Assembly: GCA_964234715.1 (NCBI GenBank)
Contig: OZ174283.1
Source: Podarcis melisellensis
Lineage: Eukaryota
DNA length: 64,000 nucleotides
Direction: 5' to 3' (one strand)
Made by a program: the position numbers and the translations under genes. The notes under the pieces are model-generated. The model was not told where the DNA came from, ran no database searches, and was given only the letters and a program-made list of their open reading frames with translations. Numbering within the stretch: position 1 is the first letter of the stretch; each line of letters begins with the position of its first letter. Shown in pieces: positions 24,889 through 35,718 of this stretch.

Positions 24889-25304
24889 TGTTGGGAGATA
24901 ATGCCAAGGCCTTGTGCCATTCCCCAATGCAGCGTCGGCCGGAATTCTTCACTCCGGTCTCCCGTCACGCTGTTGCGACCCATATCCTCCTGGGACATGA
25001 CACACGACTAGCAGAGTCCAAAATAGAAGTGTTAGCCTTGAAGTGTAACATCTAATCCTTATTTATTGCAACGAAATCAAACATAATAGTACAAAGTAAA
25101 CATGGCTCCTCTTTCTCTCTCTTCCTCAGAGAGAACGCTGAAACAAAACATCACTGTGGGAGAACAGTGGGAGGAAGGGAGCAAACAGCGTATCTCCCTT
25201 TCCGCTTATATAGCTCTAACAGTCAGCAGCTGAAATGCATTACATACAGACATGTGATCCAACATTCCTATATCTGCAGCATAGAGAGGGGTGAAATCCT
25301 AACA
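24889..25304 (-). mobile_element. Solo LTR (~416 bp)
   Basis: TGTTGGGA...TCCTAACA inverted termini and a 5-bp TSD cccag/ctcag (1 mismatch). On the minus strand a TATA-like TATATAA (~25206-25212) lies upstream of AATAAA (25062-25067). Confidence 0.7.
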
Positions 25305-25460
25305 CTCAGTTGCTGAAACTGCTCCATAGAGTGCAGACCTGGGAATACCTGTCTAGATGCTAGATGGGTGTACTTAGGTATCCAGAGTTATCGAAGCGAC
25401 TGTGTTTTCTTTGACAATAAAGGGTTAACTCTCTGCCGTATGCATTTCTTTGAGTGCAGT

Positions 25461-25618
25461 AAAAACAGGAGTCTTGTGGCATCTTAAAAACTAATGCATT
25501 TATTATGGCATAAGCTTTTGTGGACTCAAGTCTAGCATCTGACATGAAAGTCAATGAAAGCTTATATCAGAATGCATTTGTTAGTCTTGAAGATGCCACA
25601 AGACCTTTTGATTGTTTG
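25461..25618. mobile_element. Penelope-like inverted-repeat remnant
   Basis: gtcttgtggcatctt (25471-25485) pairs perfectly with aagatgccacaagac (25590-25604), and the inner arms cataagcttt / aaagcttat also pair. Resembles reptile Penelope termini (gaaagcttatg...ttgttagtct...gccacaagac). Confidence 0.65.
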
Positions 25619-26688
25619 TGTTAATATATGTATTTAAAAAACTTGTCCATGGGACTTGGTGTCTTCAGTTAGCTTTGCTGACGATGAATCACTATTATAC
25701 CAGAAACACAAACATATTCTCTTCTCCACATAGCAATATCTTTAATTGTTTCAACACTGCAGAATTGCACAGATATTTTACATTTGACTTGGCTTTCTTT
25801 AAAAAAATAGAGTGCTGTGATGCCTAGTTTTAGAAGAAAAGGCTAGAAAGTAGCCTATAGCACTTAACTTGTGAAGCAGTGTTGCATGTAGTACTTCATC
25901 AAGTACAACAACCATATATGTCTACAGAAACATACATTTCTAGGCTACCCAAGAACTATGAAAATGTGTAAAACCCTTTTTTTAAGTAAGCAGGATGGTT
26001 TTAAAAACAAGAGACCACTGCTCTAAACAAGACTAATTGCAGGGCTCTGTTTCATTATTCTCTGCTCTTCTTTGAAGTACTTTAACCAAAGGATTATGGA
26101 AGAGAAGGGCCAGTAAGAAGAGTTAAGTGTAGGATTGAAATTACCTGTTGGCACTCAACGAACAAGAAGATGGAAACCTACCATCCTTGTCAAAAGTGTC
26201 TTCCCTGTTTTAAAGCACCTTGAATAGCTGGAAAACTTTGAGCCCTTTGATAGTTTTGTGTTGCTCAATATAACCAATTCAGAAATGGGATAATACTTTA
26301 TTTATGGATTATTTCTGCCAAAGGCTTCTGGCTATCTAACAATGTAAATCTCCTGGCTTAAGGATAGTAAAGTCTTCTGATAAATCCCCAAATTGATGAA
26401 ACAGAAACATCACTAATCCATTTCTCAAAAGAGAATTATATTCCTGTTTTCTCAGTGCTCTATAAAGGGCTTCATTTTCACAGGGGGGTTTTTTGGGGGG
26501 GGGGGGAGACCAAGCAAAGCTCAAACAGGAGGTAAAATATCTAAGCAAGGATAAAAAAATTAAAATTATGAAAGAGTAAAACAAAAAGCATTCAAGAGCC
26601 ATCTTTTACCCTTTCATTAAAGAAAGTTATATGAATGCCTCTTCTCTGCATGGTTCCCCATTGACCTTCATATAACTTTCTTTACTGA

Positions 26689-26913
26689 AACATAAGAGCC
26701 TTGCTGGATCAGACCAAAGGGCTTCTCCAGTCCAGCATCTTCCACAGGGCCAACCAGATAACCTATGGAAAGCCCATAAGCAGGACATGAGCATAAGAGC
26801 CTCTCCTGCTGCTATTCTTCCACAATGAGCATTCAGAAGTATATGCCTCCTAAACCTGGCAGTACCATACAGCCATCATGACTGGTAGCTTCTGACAGAT
26901 TTCTCCTCCATGA
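26689..26913 (-). mobile_element. CR1 LINE 3' end fragment
   Basis: aacataagagccttgctggatcagaccaaagg...gtccagcatc...ggccaaccagat... is the reverse complement of a CR1-type tail. A related fragment lies at ~13110-13260. Confidence 0.7.
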
Positions 26914-28061
26914 CCATAGGCCTAATTGCCAGTGATAATGATTATGTGATTAAGAAGGTTTTTTTAATTTAAAAAATACCAGGTGTTGTGGGTTAGGGGG
27001 TATTGTCAAGATTGCAGTGCATAAGGAGGGGCAGTTTAAGCTTTCCATTCCCAGCCACAATATTTGTGGAAATCCCATGGCGAGGGATGATACTTCAGTG
27101 ATTGTGTGCAGAAGGTCCCAGGTAGGGCTGAGAAAGGTGCCAGTCTGCATAGATAATACTGAGCTAGATGGACCAATTGTCTGATTCAGTATAAGGTAGC
27201 TTCTTGTTTTCCTGCTACCATATTATTTTAAGGATTTGCAAAAACTGAGACATACTTCACAAACATGTAGTTAAATCTGTTGCACTCGGCTGTCTTAGAA
27301 GGGAGATTCAGAAATGCTCCATTCTGAATGGACCTGCCCTTGTGGTCTAAAGGTTGAAGACCTTGTAGATATTATTACAGATTGTCCTTTTTATAATACG
27401 TTGAGTAGACGAAAACTGGGACAAATTTTAGGGAGAGATGCAGAGAGGTTTGACCATCCGTCTTTAATTTATCTACTGGGTTGACAACATAAATATACAA
27501 CCTGCCACCCAGGGCTCCTTTGGGAGGAAGTGTGGATATAAATTGAATAAATAATAATAGTAACTGTGAAGACTGCACATTTTGATGCAAATGTGCAGTT
27601 CTTGAGAGAGAGTTCTTCAGGGAGATTCAGAAGCTAAGTTATGTTTTATACTTTTATTTATGTTTTAAATAATTTTGAATAAAGTCATGTCATGTCATTT
27701 TGATGTAACATTTCTTGAAAGAGTGACAGTATTTTTAAAGGGGTATTTGTTATCTGTCAGTGAAATTCAGCATTTAATGTTAATGTTATAGATGGCTTTA
27801 TTTGAGTCTGAGTTAATATTTATTGATAGTTGCTTTTATAATATTTTTTGATGGTCTGATGACTAGATATACAAATAAATAGATCTGATCTGTTCTAGAA
27901 TATCTGCTGGCAATTAGCATGGGGGCGGGGAGGATTCCATTGACATCAATGGGAGCTTTTTGCCCAGTGCTGATTGTCAGGCAGAGGGAAGTGAATTTCA
28001 TGAAAATTGCAGCTGGAGAACGAGGGCTTCAGTCTCACCTCCCCCAGCCCTGCAGTCTTAC

Positions 28062-28063
<2 letters not shown>

Positions 28064-28106
<43 letters not shown>
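28064..28106. repeat. (CA)n microsatellite
   Basis: Direct observation. Confidence 0.95.
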
Positions 28107-28108
<2 letters not shown>

Positions 28109-29101
28109 TGGTAATAACATGTTTAGTTCAGCCCACAACCTAATCCCCTTAGTAGCTGTTGCCACACCTTGTAGTGGTAGCCTTGTAGCCCATTTTTGTT
28201 TACAGTTAAAGCCTAAGTTTTCACTGTCCTTTCTCTTTAATATGTGGAGCTTTTGAGAGAGGGTCAGTGGTCCATTAACAGAAGTTCAGTGGATATAATG
28301 CTGTCAATTTCTGGGCTCCTTTATCCTACACATATTATTAAGTAAACATTATTGATTTAACAGAATTTACTAATCATTAATAAACAGGTTGTTTTTTGAT
28401 GGAGACTGTTGTTTAAGAATGCTACTAACTAGCCTTGTTCTAGTGGCAGGTTCATATATGGTTTGAGTCTTTCTGATCGCAAGCAATGCAGTTCCGTCAG
28501 CCCACCAGAAATAATTCTTTCAGAACTTATATATGGAGGGCAATCGTGTAATATGTACAACCCTGTGTACATAAATCATGATTTATGTAATAATTATTAA
28601 CACTAGAGACGCTTTAATATAAAATAATTTTGGGGCCATGTAAAATAATATTGTGTAGCCCTAACAATTAAATTGAAATATAATTATTTATAGTTCATCA
28701 GTATATGAGTTGGCCTTTGTTTTCTTTTTCTGTATTAATTCTACACTGATAATTTTGCTGTATCTCTCCTAATATCCCTCATAAATCTAACTATTATAAA
28801 GTATATCAATGTATGTATTGTTTATTATATTAACATTTAACTAAATTCCATGGGAATTAACTGAAAAGGTTTGAATAAATGCCAATACATCTTTATTTAA
28901 TGAAACCTTTTTAAATGGCAGTTGATCTAATGTCGGGTACTTATACCAAGAAGTTTCTAAATTAATTTACTGACAAAGGAAATCAGTCATTGCAAAGGGT
29001 GTTTAAATAATGATGTTCAAATAGCTGTTGCTATGAGGAAGTAAAACAGCCTGTGGTGAAACAACGTGATTTATTTTGTCATCTTGTTTGTTTCATAAAA
29101 G

Positions 29102-29398
29102 GTTAATGGTAGGAACCTCCTTTCTGTTGACTTTGATCGGACCTCAAAGACAGAGAAGATCTACGATGACCATCGTAAATTTCTGTTGAGGATTGCCTAT
29201 GACACATCAGGACACCCAACTCTCTGGCTCCCAAGCAGCAAGCTTATGGCTGTCAATGTTACCTATTCATCTACAGGTCAAATTGGCAGTATCCAGCGAG
29301 GAACTACTAGTGAAAAAGTAGATTATGATGGACAGGGAAGAATTGTATCTAGAGTATTTGCTGATGGCAAAACGTGGAGTTACACATATCTTGAAAAG
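29102..29398 (+). CDS. TENM3: TENM3 coding exon ([13 protein letters not shown]...WSYTYLEK)
   Basis: tttcataaaag|GTT AAT GGT and AAG|gtaaag. 297 nt, phase 0/0. Confidence 0.96.
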
Positions 29399-30988
29399 GT
29401 AAAGTGCTATCCTATCGTAGGAATGTGTGTGTCTTGCAGTTAAATTAGTGAGTTATTGCTGCAGAAAATGGTCACAAGCCATACACTGATGTACAAGGTT
29501 TTTAGTTTTAGACTGTGGAGCTACAAATATCCATACCTGAAGAATAAGCATATGGATCTATACAGTTCCTAAAATAAGGTGCACTTCTTACATTTGTTGG
29601 TTTGCTGCCAATTGGTGCAATCCAGTGAAAGTTAATGATGCCGTCAAAATAGATCAGAATTAAAGATTACTTGAGTGATTGCATCCCAGTGACCTGAAAA
29701 AGTTTAATTACAGTTGTTTTTCTCAGAATCATGCCAACTTTTATCTACTTATTATTTAGGTATTTCCTATTCCATTTTTAATTTTGAAAAACAGCTTCCA
29801 GCACAGATAAAAACTATTGCTTGTATGCATTTGGTGTTTTCAGCTATTCTCCTACCCTTCTGCAGCCCCCTCCAAAATCAACTCTGGATGGTTTGAAGGA
29901 ACAGCATGGCAGGTGCTGCATGGGGCTTCCAAGGGGAAGGAGACCACCCCAGTCCCTGTTCTGCTGACAGAAAGCTATGCTGAATGAAAGAGCTTTCTAT
30001 CAGCAAACGAATAGCTATTGGTTACAACCCAATTTAAAATTTGCAACAGTAAGGAAAAAAAGACACAGCAGCAGAGTAACAAGATAAAATCCAATTTGCA
30101 AAAGGAAATCGAAAAGGTGTGGAGAGCGTAAAGGTTTTCACCTGGTACCAAAAGAACAGTAGACTTTGTGCCAAGCAAAGCTCTACTGAGAGCTCCAAAG
30201 CCAGGTCACCATTGCGGAAAAGACTTTTACCTCTAGTCACTACCTGCCAAATGTCACTGGTAGCCTGATTGCATCCACACTGTAAGTTTTACAGATGAAC
30301 TGTACCACATTTTCTTTAAATCCGAACTCTCACACATGTGCTGTGTCTGCTGTATAAGGGCATTTCCCCAGCATTGGTGCAGCAGTGCCAGTAACTTCTG
30401 CTGCCTGGCAGAGAGTGCAATTTCCTGTGCCAAAAGAAGGGATAAGGTACTCCTTTATATGTGCACTGGAAACTCAATCCCACGCTTTGCTAGCATAGCA
30501 CAGTACTGAGCAGAGCATAATGTAAGTAAATAATGAATAAATTACTTTGCCCATCTGACAAATAGATGTGGAAGAGGAGGTTCAGGGATCTTCAGGCTAG
30601 TAAACTTCTCGCTAAATTATCTCTAATTACAGGAGTGAAATTGTCTCTTCCATATGTTGTTCCCTTCCTGAGTTATTGGCTTTAAGACAGTTTCACTTTT
30701 GCCAGTATTAAACATGACTTATCCAAATCCATTGACAATCTGCTGTTTGGCTGTGAGTGCCTGATAAAAGAATGGCTCAGTCACAACAAGTAGCACATTA
30801 AGAGTCTGGAGCTACTAATTACCAAACCCCTTACAATTAAGTATCCAAATGAATTAGGCAGAGAATAATTACCAATATGTAAGGTCAAGGATAACTCAAT
30901 TTAGAAGATGATGATTTACTCAAACAAAGTGCTGTTATCATACAGTGGTTTTGGCATTGATTAAACTTCCATTTCCTTTCCTTTTCAG

Positions 30989-32600
30989 TCTATGGTCCTC
31001 TTGCTGCATAGTCAACGGCAGTACATCTTTGAATATGACTTACTGGATCGGCTTTCTGCAATAACCATGCCTAGTGTTGCTCGCCATACTATGCAGACTA
31101 TTCGTTCCATTGGCTATTATCGAAACATCTACAATCCCCCTGAAAGCAATGCTTCTGTCATCATGGACTACAATGAGGAAGGGCAGCTGCTACAAACTGC
31201 TTTCTTGGGTACAAGTCGAAGAGTCCTTTTCAAATACAGAAGGCAGACCAGGCTCTCTGAAATCCTCTATGATAGCACAAGAGTCAGTTTTACTTATGAT
31301 GAGACAGCAGGAGTTCTGAAAACAGTAAACCTCCAGAGCGATGGGTTTATCTGCACCATTAGGTACAGGCAAATTGGCCCATTGATTGACAGGCAGATTT
31401 TCCGCTTTAGTGAAGATGGAATGGTAAATGCCCGATTTGACTACAGCTATGACAATAGCTTCAGAGTGACTAGCATGCAAGGTGTAATCAATGAAACTCC
31501 ATTGCCTATTGATCTTTACCAGTTTGATGACATCTCTGGAAAAGTTGAGCAGTTTGGGAAATTTGGGGTTATATATTATGACATTAACCAGATAATTTCC
31601 ACAGCTGTAATGACTTACACAAAACACTTTGATGCCCATGGCCGCATAAAAGAAATTCAGTATGAAATATTCAGATCCCTTATGTACTGGATTACAATTC
31701 AGTATGATAACATGGGACGGGTAACTAAAAGAGAAATTAAAATAGGGCCATTTGCTAACACAACCAAGTATGCGTATGAATATGATGTCGATGGGCAACT
31801 ACAGACAGTTTACCTGAACGAAAAAATAATGTGGCGATACAACTATGACCTGAACGGCAATCTCCATCTGCTCAATCCAAGTAATAGCGCTCGTTTAACA
31901 CCACTTCGGTATGACTTGAGAGACAGAATCACTCGGCTAGGTGATGTACAGTACCGTTTAGATGAAGATGGATTCCTGCGGCAGAGGGGTACAGAGATAT
32001 TTGAATACAGCTCAAAGGGCCTGCTGACCAGAGTTTATAGCAAAGGCAGTGGGTGGACAGTGATATACCGTTATGATGGGCTTGGGAGACGAGTTTCCAG
32101 TAAAACCAGTCTGGGACAACACCTCCAGTTTTTTTATGCTGACCTCACATATCCTACAAGGATAACTCATGTATACAACCATTCAAGTTCTGAAATCACC
32201 TCTCTCTACTATGACTTGCAAGGACACCTCTTTGCCATGGAGATCAGCAGTGGAGATGAGTTCTACATCGCTTCAGACAACACGGGCACGCCACTCGCTG
32301 TTTTTAGCAGCAATGGTCTGATGTTGAAGCAGATCCAGTACACAGCTTACGGCGAGATCTATTTTGACTCCAATCTTGACTTCCAGTTGGTGATTGGATT
32401 CCATGGAGGCCTTTATGACCCTTTGACCAAACTGATTCACTTTGGGCAAAGAGATTATGACATACTGGCAGGCCGCTGGACTACACCCGACATTGAAATC
32501 TGGAAAAAAATAGGGAAGGATCCAGCTCCTTTTAATCTATACATGTTCCGAAATAACAACCCAGCCAGCAGAATACATGATGTGAAAGATTATATCACAG
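30989..32600 (+). CDS. TENM3: TENM3 large YD/Rhs-repeat exon including the Rhs-associated core (SMVLLLHSQ...[17 protein letters not shown])
   Basis: cttttcag|TCT ATG and ACA G|gtaaat. 1612 nt, phase 0/1. The 538-aa ORF has repeated YD motifs and the FHGGLYD...RDYD...GRWTTPD...YMFRNNNP core. Confidence 0.98.
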
Positions 32601-33388
32601 GTAAATAAAGGTTTTTTTATTAGTGATTTACACTTAAAATTTCTGTTTGCTCATAATCTACCTGGTTAGCAAACTGCATTGTACGCAACACCTTGGAATT
32701 AATTACCAGTGACAGTCAATTTGCACAGGAGTTATGTTCCAGGGATAGCACATGAAGTCAAAATCGTGTAGAGTCAAAACTCTTGGCATTCAGTAGTAGG
32801 TGGGATTGCCAAAGTGTTTTTTCACTGGATACTCACACCCTTTCCTCCCCCTTAATTTTTTTTTAATTGCCAAGTGCATAAAGCTGAACGTGCACAAGTT
32901 AAATGTGTGTAAATTGCGAGTTACTTGTACGCTATCTAGCTGACAGCAGTGTGTGCTGAATATGATGAGGGATATAGGCCACTAAGGCAAAATAGTTTTT
33001 GCCATGCATATTCTACTTCATTCCATCTCAGTGAGAACAAAAGCAAATAGAGTTGTGTAAAATATATTCCAAAATACATCTATCAAGGCCATTGCTTCAG
33101 TAATAACAATGGACTTTATCTTCTGGGATCATTAACTGGCATTTGGCTAGGAATGGTCAACACTCCTCATAGTGGGCCCTGTCCTTTGTCCTTGCAGAAT
33201 ATTACAGCCCTCTTAAGAGATTCAGAACAAAGGAATTGCAGGAAGGAAAACACAATTTTGATGTTTCTATATCTGACTAGACAGTTCCCACAGCAACCAT
33301 TTATAAACTAGTAATGTATTGAATATTATAGGTGATATTATGCCACATGGCAACTTTATCTAGAGTGCCTGGTAGGGAGTGCCTGGTA

Positions 33389-33698
33389 GGGAAAGCCTCC
33401 CCCCGCCGCCCGGCTTCAGAACAATGTCCCGAAGCCCGGCGGCGGGGCGGGAAAGCCTCCCCCCGCCGCCCGGCATCGGAACGATGTCCCGAAGCCGGGC
33501 GGCCGGGCGGGAAAGTCTCCCCCCGCCGCCCGGCATCGGAACGATGTCCCGAAGCCCAGCGGCCGGGCGGGAAAGCCTCCCCCCGCCGCCCGGCATCGGA
33601 ACGATGTCCCGAAGCCCAGCGGCCGGGCGGGAAAGCCTCCCCCCGCCGCCCGGCATCGGAACGATGTCCCGAAGCCCAGCGGCGGGGCGGGAAAGCCT
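33389..33698. repeat. 60-bp GC/CpG-rich minisatellite, ~5.2 copies, each unit hairpin-forming
   Basis: Unit GGGAAAGCCTCCCCCCGCCGCCCGGCATCGGAACGATGTCCCGAAGCCCAGCGGCCGGGC repeats in register with the 60-nt lines. Confidence 0.97.
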
Positions 33699-33943
33699 TT
33701 GTCCCCCCTGCCTGCCTTCCCAGGGGCTTTTAAATCGCCCCGGACAGCGGAGAAGTCCTCCGCTGTCCCGGGCGATTTTAAAATGCCGCCCGCCAGAAGA
33801 GGTCGGGGGAAGGCGGTTTCCATAGGAACGCATTAATTGATTTTCAATGCATTCCTATGGAAAACCGTGCATCGCAAGACGAAAAACTCGCAAGACGAAG
33901 AGACTTGCGGAACGAATTAATTTCGTCTTGCGAGGCACCACTG
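33389..33943. mobile_element. Left-truncated Tc1/mariner-type element (CAGTGGTGCCTCGCAAGACGAA TIR) carrying the minisatellite
   Basis: The right end attaatttcgtcttgcgaggcaccactg-TA is identical to the right end of 59162-59517. No left TIR is visible. Confidence 0.8.
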
Positions 33944-35587
33944 TACTGTATAAAATGTTGTCCACAAATATCTTTTCCCCCTTCCCCACTTTGATGAGAA
34001 GATCCAGTGGTCATTCAGCTCAAATACTTATCCTAGCACTCCCAGCACCCTAAGAAAAGTACTTGTGGTTATTGTTTGCATAATTTAACTTCTTAGTACA
34101 TCTACAACTAAGATGTGGTGCAAGAGGAATGGGTGGCAGAATGCCTCTTTTCTCATTATTATATTATCCTTCTGCTCTGCAGCAATGGTGTAGACAGATT
34201 CCAATTACACTGTAAGAGTACTAGTTTGGCACTGCCCATAAAAACAGATCCTTCAACTCCTGACTTTATGTGCTGAATAAAAGAAGGACTAGATTCATTC
34301 CCTGCCTTCTAAAACAGTTATTTTCTGGGTTTTATCTCCAGCAGTCAAAATTATCATAAAGTCTTGTTCCTAGTAGCTTGTTTTGCCGTAATAGGGGCAG
34401 GACAGGTATGGGAACGTTTTCACAAATTTGTATGGTTCCCAGTCATGTGTAGTCCTGAAGCAAGTCAGAATCTTACAGGACAGAATGTTCTGTGCTTTAA
34501 TAGCTGGGGAGATGGAACACTACCTTCTCCATCTTGCACCCATCAGGAACCAACCATGTAAGATATTTAAATAATAATGGTGTGAGATTTTGACTACTTT
34601 GAGTATTTGCAAAGTTGTTGGCCTCATCTCATAGCAAAGGGATTTTGTCTAGAAAGGGTGCATTGCTTATGAAGATTAAGCTGAGAGGAGGAAATAAATT
34701 ATTCTGGCTCCAGACCCTAGATCATTTATCATGTCAGCTAACAATAATACCTGCAGATACTGTGAAAGTCCATGAAATCTAAAGGCAACAAACCAGAACT
34801 ACAGGTATTCACACACAGCAGTCGAGCTGCATGCATGTGGCTGTGAGTTTTGACAGTGCAGATTACCTGCTAGATGAATGAGTAAGGAAGGAAATTGGTA
34901 CTTTGCCCGTTGACACTTCCGCTGTAAAAGCCAACAGTGTTGCTTTTCTTTTGCATCTGCACACCCATCCTCACTTCCGTTTGTCCCGTGATTTCAAGCA
35001 TTTCCAAGTCCTGGGTCTGAGAGAGGTTGTTGGTTTTTTTGTACCACCGCTTTCCTCAGGAAAACCCAGGGTTTAGTGCTGAATGGGAGCAAACATCAGT
35101 CAGGTTTTCTGCAGATTGATGTGTGCTCTGATTAAGGATTAAGGAGTGGGTATTCCCAGGGAACGTGGGGGAGGAACCCTCTCGAACCCATGGCTTGAAA
35201 TCACTTGAGATCGTGGGACAAATGAAAGTGTGGTCGGGCCCACAGTCCCAATCCAGCAACACAAGCCATGGAAACAAATCCAGCTGCTGCTTGCAGAGCG
35301 TATGCAGCAGGAGCCACACAGGCAGCTTCCAGTTTGAAAGGGGAGGTGCAGATGACTTTCATGGGCTCAGGATAAGAATGGATTCTGCATCTATATTGCC
35401 ATTTCCCAAAGAAGAAGAATGTTTAGATGAGCTAAGATATAACCATACTGTGGTTTCTCCCCAAAGTATATTTAATTGTGGCTCAAACCTGAATCCAGGG
35501 CAACTGATGTGAACGCCTGTAAAGTTAAATTAAATAATCAGGGATTGAAAATCTGATCTCTCTCTCTCTCCACAATTATTTTGTTAG

Positions 35588-35718
35588 ATGTCAACAGCTG
35601 GCTGGTAACATTTGGCTTCCACCTGCATAATGCTATCCCAGGATTCCCTGTGCCCAAGTTTGATTTAACAGAGCCCTCCTATGAACTTGTGAAGAGTCAG
35701 CAGTGGGATGACGTTCCG
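35588..35718 (+). CDS. TENM3: TENM3 coding exon ([13 protein letters not shown]...QQWDDVP)
   Basis: ttttgttag|AT GTC AAC and CCG|gtaagg. 131 nt, phase 1/0. Confidence 0.96.

Noticed and set aside
27300-27632. 14-bp direct repeat agggagattcagaa flanking ~300 bp containing a LINE-like tail
   Set aside because: It could be a TSD, but the tail does not abut the second copy, so it is ambiguous.
31190-31798. 202-aa antisense ORF
   Set aside because: A shadow of the TENM3 coding exon on the opposite strand with no independent signal.
33332-33833. Four overlapping 133-157 aa repetitive ORFs; CRISPR-like appearance
   Set aside because: These are by-products of a GC-rich 60-bp (multiple of 3) tandem repeat. 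There are no unique spacers, no cas genes, and the context is eukaryotic.
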